Shown one piece after another: positions 10,758-20,709 of a stretch of 64,000 bases of DNA. The DNA comes from Promethearchaeota archaeon (GTDB taxonomy: Archaea > Asgardarchaeota > Lokiarchaeia > Sigyniarchaeales > SOKP01): the NCBI GenBank assembly GCA_019058365.1, contig JAHPZE010000003.1, positions 64,001-128,000 on the forward strand, given 5' to 3'. The position numbers and the translations under genes are program-made. The notes beneath the pieces were generated by a model. The model made no database searches, was not told the DNA's origin, and was given only the letters and a program-made list of their open reading frames with translations. Each line of letters starts with the position of its first letter. Position 1 is the stretch's first letter.

Positions 10758-11876
10758 TTAAGAATTTTTTTCAACATGTGCTAATTCTGCCTTTTTATCC
10801 ATTATCGCCATATAAGTTCCTTTAGTATTTATCGGAGGGATAATTTCTTTTTCTTTTTTATAAAGCTGAATAGCCTCAGAAGTGCAAGTAGGAATACAAG
10901 CACCACACCCAATACACCTCGCTTTATTAACATGAGCAATATTATCTTCAATATAAATAGCGTCCATGTTACACCTATCCTCACAGGTTTCACATCCTAC
11001 ACAGAGATCCTCATCAACAGAAGCATAGAAATTCGTAGCAAAGAACTGAGCCGGTTCTGATAGTCTTTTTTGATTAGTAAGAATTCCACAACAACATCCA
11101 CAACAAGTACAGATGCACATTGGTCTTTGAGAGTTACCTGGCTGTATAACTAAGCCATCCTCTTTAGCTTTCTTTAAAATATTTATAGCTTCTTCTTTAG
11201 TAATTTCTCGTCCCAATCCTTTATCTATATATATTTTTGCTGCGTTTCGAAAGGCAAAACAAGATTCCCGGAGATCTGTTTTTTTACAAGGATCTGCGAC
11301 AAGATCTTTAGCTTGTCTGCAAATACATTCTTGAACTGATATCGGTTCTCCTATATTTTCAATCATTGTTCTTAGCTCGTCATAATTTGAAATTTTTTGC
11401 TCATAAGATATACTTTGTTCTATAGGAATCGTACGTAATTGAGGGATTTTTGTCCTATTAAATTCCGCTAGAAATGCCTCTTCAAAATATTGCATAAAAT
11501 CATGATAAAAATCTTCAGTAAGTCGATTTAGTTGGAATTCATAAAAGCCGATGACTATTGGAGCATTTGCATAATATTTTATTTCCTCATCTCCTTCTTT
11601 AGCTGAACCGAAATTTATAAGCCCTTTTTTCTCCATTTTATCTAGCTCTTGTTCTAATTGCTCAACCGTTATACCACTATTTTTAACCTTTCTATAGATT
11701 TTCTTTAAAGGTAGAGGTTGGAACCCCAGCTTCAATGCCAGTTCTGCTTGCTTTGGAGTAAAAAGATGCTTTAAAATTCGCAGCTCAACACCAGATTCTG
11801 TAGCAGGATATCCAATTGGTAATTTATCTAGATGTTTTTGCAATTCTTGATAGATATCTAAATCCTCATTATTCAT
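10758..11876 (-). CDS. 4Fe-4S dicluster-domain protein
   Basis: CVGCETCEDRC and CIGCGACIPTC ferredoxin motifs; CICR, ICTCCGCCC. Confidence 0.88.
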   Translation of the reverse strand: MNNEDLDIYQELQKHLDKLPIGYPATESGVELRILKHLFTPKQAELALKLGFQPLPLKKIYRKVKNSGITVEQLEQELDKMEKKGLINFGSAKEGDEEIKYYANAPIVIGFYEFQLNRLTEDFYHDFMQYFEEAFLAEFNRTKIPQLRTIPIEQSISYEQKISNYDELRTMIENIGEPISVQECICRQAKDLVADPCKKTDLRESCFAFRNAAKIYIDKGLGREITKEEAINILKKAKEDGLVIQPGNSQRPMCICTCCGCCCGILTNQKRLSEPAQFFATNFYASVDEDLCVGCETCEDRCNMDAIYIEDNIAHVNKARCIGCGACIPTCTSEAIQLYKKEKEIIPPINTKGTYMAIMDKKAELAHVEKNS

Positions 11877-12085
11877 ACTAATTTATTATATTCAAATCTT
11901 TTTGAAATTAATCATTAAATGGAATAAGCTTTAAAGTTTAATTTTCCATTTTTAACAATTTCAGCTTAAATTAAGGGAATTTCAAAAAATAGAAAGAAGT
12001 AAAGGTTTAAGCATTTTCAAACCATCTTCTAAAGTTTTAAATAGTTTTACTAGCTCTGCAATTATTCTTCATATTCCAAAATATT

Positions 12086-12769
12086 CTATTTAATCAAAAA
12101 ACCTTTTAATATTGCTATTGTTCCGATGTTAATTGCAATTAAAGCAAAAATTTCAATTATGATTGATCTGAGGAATCCACCAATTAGGTTGATGAACATC
12201 CCAATTATGGCAAAAATAATCCCGACAAAAAACCACTGTACTTTCTTTTTAGTTTTTTCTTCAATTTTTCTTGTTATCATCACGTACTTATATACTACAT
12301 AAATAGACATTATTGTTCTGACAATAGTTATGAAAATAAACCAGTCAGTGGGAGTGTTGGTATCAACAATGCCTTTTTCATATCGATCCATATTTAATTC
12401 TGGTGTCCAGATAAAATATCCAACACTCATTATGAAGAATAGTACTATCATTGATCCGAAGTATTTTAGACTCATTGCAATCTTTTTATATTTCTCTAAG
12501 ATAAAAATCGTCATCACTAAGGAAATAAAGATAAAATTGAAAATTATCTGAGCTGTAATCATAATGGGAATAATAATCTGTGAATTATTAAGTATTAAAT
12601 GGTAAATTGTATATGTTAAAAATCCGAGGGAAGAGGAAATGAAGAATAGAGTAAACCAAATATTTAACAAGTCTTTTGGATTTAATCGCAAAACTCTAAA
12701 TCCAACTGAGAAAGAAATTATAACTGTTATGATTGCTGTAATTATTTTAATTATGTTGTAAAACTCCAT
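12086..12769 (-). CDS. Polytopic membrane protein (6-7 TM; resembles stand-alone HisKA_7TM-like sensor domain)
   Basis: Alternating long hydrophobic segments. Confidence 0.65.
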   Translation of the reverse strand: MEFYNIIKIITAIITVIISFSVGFRVLRLNPKDLLNIWFTLFFISSSLGFLTYTIYHLILNNSQIIIPIMITAQIIFNFIFISLVMTIFILEKYKKIAMSLKYFGSMIVLFFIMSVGYFIWTPELNMDRYEKGIVDTNTPTDWFIFITIVRTIMSIYVVYKYVMITRKIEEKTKKKVQWFFVGIIFAIIGMFINLIGGFLRSIIIEIFALIAINIGTIAILKGFLIK

Positions 12770-12869
12770 ATTATATTCTTTTGATACATATTTATAAAAA
12801 GATTTTTACAAAATTAAAAAAAAATAGAATTTTCTGTTATATCTTGTTGCTTGAATAGTAAGTATATAA

Positions 12870-13095
12870 AAAAACTAGTGTTAGTGAAATCTACCAATCT
12901 TCTCCTGGTTCGTTAATTGATTCAGGTATCTCAATTTCTTTTGTTTTCTTTCCTTCAGAAATCGCCTTTAGTACGGCATTTTTAAAATCTTCAAGAAGGA
13001 CAGTTCTTCTATAATATAATCTTTTCTTACAATAGGGTTATGCCCGGGTATTATGTATTCAATATTAAGGGTTAACATATATTCAAATGATTTTA
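12870..13095 (-). pseudogene. C-terminal fragment of a metallo-beta-lactamase-fold hydrolase
   Basis: LNIEYIIPGHNPIV (PGHG-type motif) followed by a frameshifted tail; no N-terminal HxHxDH motif. Confidence 0.5.
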
Positions 13096-13294
13096 TCAGT
13101 ATCCATATCTCCTGATAATAACTATGTAATCGTAGCTCATTCGATAAGAATATAAGAGTATGGTACTTAGCGACCGGTGACCTTATATTTACACTTAATG
13201 GCACAAAAAAGAAGTAGTAGCAGTTGCTATTTCTTCTGATAGTAAATATATTATCAGTGGTTCAAATGATACAACAATTAAAATATGGGAATGA
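13087..13294 (+). pseudogene. WD40-repeat protein remnant (two repeats, two frameshifts)
   Basis: ILSVSISPDNNYVI / SSFDKNIRVWYLATGDLIFTLNG / KKEVVAVAISSDSKYIISGSNDTTIKIWE*. Confidence 0.75.
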
Positions 13295-13388
13295 TTAAAG
13301 AAGAATTCATAATTGAGGAAAAAATACTAATCGTTTAATTTTAAACTACTCTTTTCATTTATAATATCTAAAAAAAAGAAGAATATAA

Positions 13389-14882
13389 ATGATTGAATAT
13401 ACAATTTCTGAAATACTGAAGTTAATGGAAACGGGGAAGCTTACAGCAAAAGTACTTACAAAAAACTATCTAAAAAGGATTAGCAAAATCGATAAAGCAG
13501 GACCAAAAATTAATTCAATAATTGAAATAAATCCCGATGTATTACAAATAGCGGATGTTCTTGATGAAGAAAGGAAAAATAAAAAGATTCGTGGCCCATT
13601 ACATGGTATTCCCGTTTTAATCAAGGATAATATATCCACTTCAGATAAAATGATGACTACAGCAGGATCGTTAGCTCTTGACGGTTATAGAGCTACTCGA
13701 GATGCTTTTATTGTTAATAAGTTAAGAGAAGCGGGAGCAATAATCTTAGGTAAGACAAATCTTAGTGAATGGGCTAATTTCAGATCTACGCGCTCGACGA
13801 GTGGCTGGAGCAGTCGTGGAGGTCAAACTCTAAATCCATATGTACTTGATCGTAATCCTTGTGGTTCTAGTTCTGGTTCAGCAGTAGCAGTAGCCGCAAA
13901 TCTATGTGTAGGGGCAATTGGTACTGAAACCGATGGTTCAATAATTTGCCCCTCACAAATAAATTCAATAGTTGGAATAAAACCCTCAATCGGGTTGGTT
14001 AGTCGAACTGGAATTATACCAATTTCGCATAATCAAGATACTGCAGGCCCAATGGCACGAACAGTTGAGGATATCGCTACTTTATTGAGTGTGATAGTCG
14101 GGGCTGATCCAGAAGATCCAAGCACTATAATGGATAATAAAGAGATTCCATCTGATTACACCAAATTTTTGGTTATTAATGGATTGCGTGAAGCTAGAAT
14201 TGGTGTTGCTCGTAACTTTTTTGGCAGAAATGAGTATGTAGATCAAGTAATAGAAAAATGTATTAAGAAGATGAAGGAGTTAGGTACTACGATTATAGAT
14301 CCAACTGATTTAACTATAGTGAATGATCTACAAGATCCCGAATATGAAGTTCTTCTATATGATTTCAAACATGATATGAACGAATTTCTAAAGAATAATG
14401 TTCCAGATGATTTTCCTCAAACATTAAATGAGTTAATCCAATATAATAATCAAAATAAAGACACAATTATGCCATATTTTGATCAAGAAATATTTAAAAG
14501 GGCAGAAGAAAAAGGACCTCTCTCAAGTGAAGAATATAAAACAGCTTTGGAAAAATGTCAAAAACTTGCTCGTGAAGAGGGTATTGATAAAGTTATCCAA
14601 GAGAATCAACTTGATGCTATTGTTGCTCCCAGCGGAGGTCCCGCATGGTTTATTGATTATATTAACGGGGACCATTCTACAGGAGGAAGTTCGTCCCCCT
14701 CTGCTGTTGCAGGTTATCCAAATATAACTATTCCCGCTGGTTATGTGTTTGGACTTCCAATTGGGATTTCATTTATTGGGGGATTATTTCAAGAACCAGT
14801 TCTTCTTAAATTGGCATATGCATTTGAACAAGCATCTAAAGTATGGCAACCGCCAAACTATCGAAAAACACTTAAAATTTAA
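13389..14882 (+). CDS. Amidase signature family enzyme
   Basis: GPLHGIPVLIKDN, GKTNLSEW, PCGSSSGSAVAVA, GTETDGSI. Confidence 0.95.
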   Translation: MIEYTISEILKLMETGKLTAKVLTKNYLKRISKIDKAGPKINSIIEINPDVLQIADVLDEERKNKKIRGPLHGIPVLIKDNISTSDKMMTTAGSLALDGYRATRDAFIVNKLREAGAIILGKTNLSEWANFRSTRSTSGWSSRGGQTLNPYVLDRNPCGSSSGSAVAVAANLCVGAIGTETDGSIICPSQINSIVGIKPSIGLVSRTGIIPISHNQDTAGPMARTVEDIATLLSVIVGADPEDPSTIMDNKEIPSDYTKFLVINGLREARIGVARNFFGRNEYVDQVIEKCIKKMKELGTTIIDPTDLTIVNDLQDPEYEVLLYDFKHDMNEFLKNNVPDDFPQTLNELIQYNNQNKDTIMPYFDQEIFKRAEEKGPLSSEEYKTALEKCQKLAREEGIDKVIQENQLDAIVAPSGGPAWFIDYINGDHSTGGSSSPSAVAGYPNITIPAGYVFGLPIGISFIGGLFQEPVLLKLAYAFEQASKVWQPPNYRKTLKI

Positions 14883-14921
14883 TTAGCTATGAATCATTTC
14901 TCGTCACCGGAATTAAACTAA

Positions 14922-15728
14922 TCATAAAATTTTGCAGTTAAGGTATTTTTTCAGAGCCGATTTACGTATACCCATTGCTAAAGCCCTATTTTCTTCTCCT
15001 GGGATAAATATGACATTTTTGCTTTTAACTGCATTCAGTGAGAGTGTAACTACCTCTTCCGCAGTCATCCATGGCACTTTAGAAAAGGATTCACGACTAA
15101 ACCCTCCCATAGAATTTGTATCATGAAATTCTGAATAGGTGAAACCAGGGCACAAAGCTTGAATATAAATTCTGGGGTTTCTCACATTTGAACTTAATAA
15201 TTCAGAAAAAATAGCAAGTGCGGCTTTAGTAGAAGAGTACATAACACTCGTTCTAGCTATGGCTGACATTGAAGCGGTATTTATTATTACTCCTTTTCTT
15301 CTTTTTGTCATTTCTTGTATTGCGGCATGACATAACATTACGGGACTAGTGTAATGTACATTAATCATATCAATATTCTGCTTATTTTCTCTTTCAATAA
15401 ATGGTATAATGATTCCATAACCGGCGTTGTTTATGAGAATATCAAGATTATCCGCCTCTAATATTTTAGAAGCAACTTTTTCTGTATCATTCAGATTTGA
15501 TAAATCAGCAATTAATACTTCTGCCTTAATAGAAAATTTTGCACTAAGTTCTTGACTTAGTTTCTCTAGCTTATTTTTTCTCCTAGCCACTAAGATTAAA
15601 TCAAATCCTTGCTCAGCTAGTTGACGAGCAAATTCTGCTCCAATTCCCGATGAAGCACCCGTTATTAAAGCGCTTCCAAGATTAACCCAATTCATAAAAT
15701 TCTCTTTATTATTCATAATTTCTACCAC
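14922..15728 (-). CDS. Short-chain dehydrogenase/reductase
   Basis: TGASSGIG, NNAG, YSSTK. Confidence 0.93.
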   Translation of the reverse strand: MVEIMNNKENFMNWVNLGSALITGASSGIGAEFARQLAEQGFDLILVARRKNKLEKLSQELSAKFSIKAEVLIADLSNLNDTEKVASKILEADNLDILINNAGYGIIIPFIERENKQNIDMINVHYTSPVMLCHAAIQEMTKRRKGVIINTASMSAIARTSVMYSSTKAALAIFSELLSSNVRNPRIYIQALCPGFTYSEFHDTNSMGGFSRESFSKVPWMTAEEVVTLSLNAVKSKNVIFIPGEENRALAMGIRKSALKKYLNCKIL

Positions 15729-15863
15729 TATTCCAATTTTAATTTCAATTATAGATTTCTTTAATAAATATCTAAAGTAATGATTTAAGGAATACTTTTA
15801 CATTTTTGAATTTTAATTTTAAAAACTTATAACTCAAATAACTTTTTAAGTAATTGAGTAATA

Positions 15864-16364
15864 ATGGAAGATTCATTAAAGCAATGGTTATCTGATAATA
15901 AAATTCAATATATCTTACACACGCACCCGGCAGTATTTACTGTTCCTGAGGCTAAAATTCATTGTGGACATATCCCTGGAACTCATTGTAAGAATTTACT
16001 TATCAAAAATAAAAAATCTGGACAACTCTATTTAGTTACCATTCCTCATCAAAAACGTTTAGATTTAAATCAATTCCGTAAAATGATAAATGCTCCAAAA
16101 GTTCGTTTTGCAGGCCCTGAAGAACTTTCTGAAACGTTGGGTATTACACCCGGTGCGGTTTCTCCAATTGGATTAGTTAATGATACCGATGACAAGGTAA
16201 TATTCATTATTGATGAAAGTCTATGGAATGCGAAAGAGTTATGTTGTCATCCAAATGTGAACACCGAAACCTTACAAATCTCCGGAAGAGATTTTCGAAA
16301 ATTAATCAAGGCAACGGGTACATCTATGGAAATTAAAATTCTTCCATATTTAGAGCACTCTTAA
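15864..16364 (+). CDS. YbaK/ProX (prolyl-tRNA editing) domain protein
   Basis: HPAVFTV, HCKNLLIK, LGITPGAVSPIG, HPNVNT. Confidence 0.9.
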   Translation: MEDSLKQWLSDNKIQYILHTHPAVFTVPEAKIHCGHIPGTHCKNLLIKNKKSGQLYLVTIPHQKRLDLNQFRKMINAPKVRFAGPEELSETLGITPGAVSPIGLVNDTDDKVIFIIDESLWNAKELCCHPNVNTETLQISGRDFRKLIKATGTSMEIKILPYLEHS

Positions 16365-16429
16365 CTTAAAAATTAAAAAAAAAATGATTGATATGTAATT
16401 CTTAAATTTATTTCTTCTCGTTTTTTTTA

Positions 16430-16810
16430 TTATCTCTCTAAAGCTGCGCTAGCTTTATTTAGATTATCAACTCCAAGAACTATTCTATTATTTTCAGCTA
16501 AATAGATCAAGTCAATATTAACTCCAGCATTACCTATTTTTCGAGCCATCTTTCCCCCAGTGCCGGGTTTTCCTACAACATTCCCGATATCTATAACCAA
16601 TACATCGCGTATAGCCCTTACTTCAAAACCAGCATCTTCGAGTGCCCATTGAGCTGTGGTTTCATCTTCAACCAGAATATGGACGACACCTTCACCTTTT
16701 TGGGGAAATGCACATAATCCTTCCATATTAATGCCATTTTTGCCTAAAGCCTCACCCATATCAGCTAGAGTACCTGGTTTATTTTTCAAAATAACGGTTA
16801 AATCTTTCAT
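16430..16810 (-). CDS. ACT-domain protein
   Basis: LKNKPGTLA...GINM and KPGTGG...AGVNI tandem ACT motifs. Confidence 0.85.
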   Translation of the reverse strand: MKDLTVILKNKPGTLADMGEALGKNGINMEGLCAFPQKGEGVVHILVEDETTAQWALEDAGFEVRAIRDVLVIDIGNVVGKPGTGGKMARKIGNAGVNIDLIYLAENNRIVLGVDNLNKASAALER

Positions 16811-16939
16811 TATTTTATTCCTCCTACTTCTATTTACTTTATTTATTAGATTAGATCTAAATTTGTTATCTCAAGATTTTTTTCCATTGCTTAATTATGT
16901 CTTTTCCCTATTTAAGCTTTCTTTTAAATTTTCTAAAAT

Positions 16940-17108
16940 ACCCAGATTACATTATAAACGATCCCAATATCCTAAAGCTTTAAAATTATTTGAAGACGCA
17001 ATTCAGATTTTAGATAACCTTAAAATGAGCGTTGAGCCTATAACTGAAACTCTTAAAGAAAATATTGAATTTATCAAAAATGAGATGGAAAAAAAGCCAA
17101 TTAATTAA
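16940..17108 (+). pseudogene. C-terminal remnant of a TPR protein
   Basis: LHYKRSQYPKALKLFEDAIQIL...IETLKENIEF is TPR-like; the upstream part of the 150-aa ORF is only the antisense of the ACT gene. Confidence 0.5.
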
Positions 17109-17294
17109 TCAAAAATATCGAAGCTTGTGAATATACTCTTTTTTATTATATCTCTTTTTAGATCACTGCAGAAATGTAAAAATAATCTTAAATATTACCA
17201 AATCATACTAAATTCTTACTATTTTGACTAAGATATTTACCTAAAAACTTTCTGTAATAATTTTAAAATTTTAAAAAAGGGTAAAATTTTCCTT

Positions 17295-17307
17295 TAGAAC
17301 ATACTCC
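17295..17307 (-). repeat. 23S-trailer core motif, copy 1 (TAGAACATACTCC on +), 4 nt past the tRNA-Pro 3' end
   Basis: Exact GAACATACTCC at 17297-17307. Confidence 0.7.
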
Positions 17308-17311
17308 ACTA

Positions 17312-17385
17312 TGGGGTAGGAGGGACTTGAACCCTCGACCTCCTGATCCCGAACCAGGAATCCTACCAAGCTGGACTACCACCCC
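17312..17385 (-). tRNA. tRNA-Pro(CGG)
   Basis: Reverse complement folds to a cloverleaf: acceptor GGGGTGG/CTACCCC, anticodon stem CCTGG/TCAGG with loop TT-CGG-GA, T arm GGTTCAAGTCC. Confidence 0.95.
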
Positions 17386-17440
17386 ATTTCGAACATTTCT
17401 CGTAATCCTTATACCTTAAACCCATTCCTTTTTCCCAAAC

Positions 17441-17525
17441 TAAAAAAAATAAAAAATTTAAAAACCTCTATTATGAACGGACTCTTTCTCATCCCACCTC
17501 AATCCATACAAACCTTACCTTACCG
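17441..17525 (-). repeat. Highly degenerate 23S-trailer relic, copy 2
   Basis: A-tract followed by ...tatgaacggactct...ctcaatccat...ccttacc; colinear with 29911-29985 but diverged. Confidence 0.45.
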
Positions 17526-17568
17526 TTTCAAATAAAATATATATCCTAGGGTTCTTAAATTCTTACTT

Positions 17569-18048
17569 TTACTTTTCATTTATTTGTTTGCCAAATTTAA
17601 TGGCATTTTTTGTTCCGATCCACAATATTTTTCTAAATTTTCTCTGGTTGATTACTTCGGCTCCTGCTTCTTCTACTTTTATTTTCATATATTCTAATGC
17701 TTTTCCACCAGTAAAACGAGCAGTGTTAAATACAATCGCTTTTTTTCCACTAAGATTTCCCATTCTTGCTAAGATTTCATCAAAAGCTTTTGGTGGAAAA
17801 TTTCCATATGTGGGCATACCGAAAATAATTAAATCATAACTTGCAGCATCAAGAATATTCAATTCCGTTTCTATTGCTGAAAAATCTTTATTTTCGAACT
17901 TGTCTAACAATTTTATCTTTTCAATAAATTTCCCGGTTATTTCGACTGGAAAGTAACTCACTTCATGAGTAGCCAGAGCACTCGCAATAGCTTCTGCTGT
18001 TTTTTTCGTTCTTCCTCCCATTGTAAAATATGCAATTAGAATTTTCAT
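17569..18048 (-). CDS. Flavodoxin family protein
   Basis: ILIAYFTMGGRTKKTAEAIA; YDLIIFGMPTY. Confidence 0.88.
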   Translation of the reverse strand: MKILIAYFTMGGRTKKTAEAIASALATHEVSYFPVEITGKFIEKIKLLDKFENKDFSAIETELNILDAASYDLIIFGMPTYGNFPPKAFDEILARMGNLSGKKAIVFNTARFTGGKALEYMKIKVEEAGAEVINQRKFRKILWIGTKNAIKFGKQINEK

Positions 18049-18119
18049 AATAAACAGTAATTTTTGAATAAACTAATTCTTTTGGATTGGTTATAATAAA
18101 AAGAGAAAAATTGTAATAT

Positions 18120-18758
18120 TTAGAATTTCCTTGACTTTCCTTGCAAATCAAAATTTGCTATCATCCCACTTCTATTCTTAAACTCCCAATTTTTTCCAAA
18201 ATCATTATATTTCCAAAAGTGAGTGTTACAAATTTTGAAATCTGAGAGGAACATACCAAAAAGAGAATTTTGAAGTCTTTGAGGATTTTTCCCATCGAGT
18301 CCCGGAGCATAGGATAATTTCATTTCTCCATTAGGCATAGTAATGTGGTAAGTATTTCCTTCTTGATTTAGATTAATATCGACATATTTTATTCCTAAAA
18401 TCTTTTTTAAAAGTATCGCACCAGGTATATTGTTAATAAAAAGAGGTTCTAAATACCTCCTTTGTTCTTCAGTAGTTTTATTACTAATATATAGCCCTCC
18501 TTCTCCACCTTTTGGCAGAACATCAGCAGCTTTATTAGAATATAAATCAATTACATTAATAGCCAATACTCCACTAATATCTACATCTCCAATTTTTCCC
18601 TCATTATATTGGAACAATTGAAATGATTTGCATGGAGTTTCTCTGTCTCTCCCAAAATAATATGAACAGAGCCCCTCTGATGCGCATGCCTCATACCACA
18701 CACCTTTCATACTCCAACTAATTCTCTCACTAATTTCTTTAGCCATTATTTCACCCAT
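18120..18758 (-). CDS. DUF1326-like protein
   Basis: W.MKG.WYEAC...C.C N-terminus and G.GDVDISG pattern. Confidence 0.65.
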   Translation of the reverse strand: MGEIMAKEISERISWSMKGVWYEACASEGLCSYYFGRDRETPCKSFQLFQYNEGKIGDVDISGVLAINVIDLYSNKAADVLPKGGEGGLYISNKTTEEQRRYLEPLFINNIPGAILLKKILGIKYVDINLNQEGNTYHITMPNGEMKLSYAPGLDGKNPQRLQNSLFGMFLSDFKICNTHFWKYNDFGKNWEFKNRSGMIANFDLQGKSRKF

Positions 18759-18850
18759 TTAGTTTAATTTTAATTGAATTTTAAATTTTATGGCCTAGCA
18801 TTTATAATTAAGAAGAAACATTTATTAAATCATTCTATAAAACAAAATTA

Positions 18851-18902
18851 GTTAAAAATAAAAGCTTCTACTCAAGAACATACTCCGTCCTTTCTTATCT
18901 CA
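18851..18902 (-). repeat. 23S-trailer relic, copy 3
   Basis: A-tract + CTCAAGAACATACTCC (core 18876-18886) + tcttatctca. Confidence 0.85.
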
Positions 18903-19000
18903 CTATTAAATCCTGCTTTTTCCGCATCTGCAAAATAATTTATTTGTTATCGAAATCAAATTTAAATTTTTTTATTTCTTAAGTATAATTTATAATTACT

Positions 19001-19603
19001 TTGGAGATTATAATGGTAAAAAATAAAATTAGACCTAATCCATATATTTACCCAATGCCTCTAGTTCTAATTGGTGCAAATGTTAATGGTAAAGCAAATT
19101 TCATGCCGCTTGCTTGGATTAGTATGGCAGAACATGAACCTCCTATGATTTCAATATCCTCATCTAAATCTCATTATACAAATAAAGGAATAGTAGAAAA
19201 TCAAACGTTTAGTGTCAATACACCCTCAGAAGATATGATTAAATCCGCAGATTATTGTGGCTTAAAATCTGGCAAAGATATTGATAAATCAAAGATATTT
19301 GAAATTTTTTATGGAGAATTAGGAACAGCACCAATGTTAATAGAGACACCCTTAAACCTTGAATGTAGAGTAGTGAAAATAGTAGACACTAAAGATTTTA
19401 TCGCCCCTGATAAAAGAGGACATTATATTTTTATTGGCGAAATTGTTCAAGCATATTCAGGTGAGGAATATCTTACAAATGGAATCCCTGATATAAAAAA
19501 AATAAATCCATATACACTTACCCAAATCGATGCGAGTTATTGGAAAATTGGTGAAAAAATCGGTAAAGCTTGGAGTATTGGAAAAGATTATTCTACTAAT
19601 TAA
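19001..19603 (+). CDS. Flavin reductase-like FMN-binding protein
   Basis: YPMPLVLIGA, FSVNTP, DYCGLKSG, NLECRV, FIGEIV. Confidence 0.9.
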   Translation: MEIIMVKNKIRPNPYIYPMPLVLIGANVNGKANFMPLAWISMAEHEPPMISISSSKSHYTNKGIVENQTFSVNTPSEDMIKSADYCGLKSGKDIDKSKIFEIFYGELGTAPMLIETPLNLECRVVKIVDTKDFIAPDKRGHYIFIGEIVQAYSGEEYLTNGIPDIKKINPYTLTQIDASYWKIGEKIGKAWSIGKDYSTN

Positions 19604-19874
19604 TCTTATATTTTTTTTAATGAATATTAATCCATGTATTTAACTCTCAATTTATAATAAGGATTTAATAGTATCTGAATTATTCATAGTAAGATATACC
19701 AAATTATTAACAAAAAGATCTTTATCTTTTGAATTTTATTTTTCATTTTAATCATCATCTCAAATTCATTAACATTCTTATTTTTATAATCACTGAATTT
19801 TGCTAAAAATACTGAACCAAATTAATCATCCGAAAGATTCTTTATTATTATAGAGAGAATTATCCAATAAAAAT

Positions 19875-20408
19875 TTAATCAGTTCTATGAATTGGTTGAT
19901 CTATTGCCTTTAAATAGTAAATCCTAAAATTTATTCCTTTTAATTTAACCACAACATTAATAAAAATGCCCGGACCCCATTTTGGACCTTCTCGAAATAT
20001 CATCTCATATGTACTCCCATATAGCTTATATTCGTTTGTAGGTAAAGCTGAAATTATTTCTGTACCATATATTAACCATAAACGCTCAAGGCTTATTGTT
20101 GAGGGGAATTCCAAAACACCACTTGCGTGAATTTTAATAACTACTATTAAAGGTTTTCCATCTGGTGGTGAAATTGGCATAAAATCACGCCACATATAGG
20201 TCTCTAAAGAATATGTAATATTCCCTTCATGAATCTCCTCCTGTGCTGTATATATACCAGGTTCAATATAATAATCCCATTTAGGATTTGAATTAGTTCC
20301 GTTAAGATTCACTAAAACACTTATTATACTGAAAGGAATTACAATAATACCTATAATAATTATGATTAATATAATAAAGCTTGAATTCCTCTTCAAGAGT
20401 ATAAACAA
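19875..20408 (-). CDS. Membrane-anchored hypothetical protein
   Basis: N-terminal TM helix; soluble domain with WRDFMPISPPDGKPL and GPKWGPG motifs. Confidence 0.65.
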   Translation of the reverse strand: MFILLKRNSSFIILIIIIIGIIVIPFSIISVLVNLNGTNSNPKWDYYIEPGIYTAQEEIHEGNITYSLETYMWRDFMPISPPDGKPLIVVIKIHASGVLEFPSTISLERLWLIYGTEIISALPTNEYKLYGSTYEMIFREGPKWGPGIFINVVVKLKGINFRIYYLKAIDQPIHRTD

Positions 20409-20490
20409 TCCGTTTCTTAATTTTTATTTACTAAATAGGATTTTTATGTTTTTAAACTTATTTGTCTAAGATTTAAACAATTCAAAAATT

Positions 20491-20606
20491 AAAAAAAATA
20501 AAATCCTTGCTCGTGAACATACTCCTTCCAGCTCTTCTCGTCTCAAACCAAGTATTTCTTCTCATCCATTTCTAAGCTACAAATCCTCATACCCTAAGCT
20601 TGAACT
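20491..20606 (-). repeat. 23S-trailer relic, copy 4 (~115 bp)
   Basis: A-tract, TGCTCGTGAACATACTCC (core 20515-20525), TCTCGTCTCAAACC, ...CTAAGCTTGAAC; colinear with 29911-30025. Confidence 0.88.
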
Positions 20607-20709
20607 GTAAATTGTCAGTTTATTCAAAATTTAATGAATTTAAAATCCAAATAATTATATGTACAACTGTAAAAATTATTCATAGAGAATCGAAAATCTA
20701 TTTAGAAAA

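Noticed and set aside
12968-13204. 78-aa ORF as an intact gene
   Set aside because: Its first half is the antisense of the WD40 remnant; only the second half resembles an MBL-fold fragment.
17312-17385. tRNA-Pro as the attB site of an integrated element
   Set aside because: I found no duplicated tRNA 3' end and no integrase in the window.
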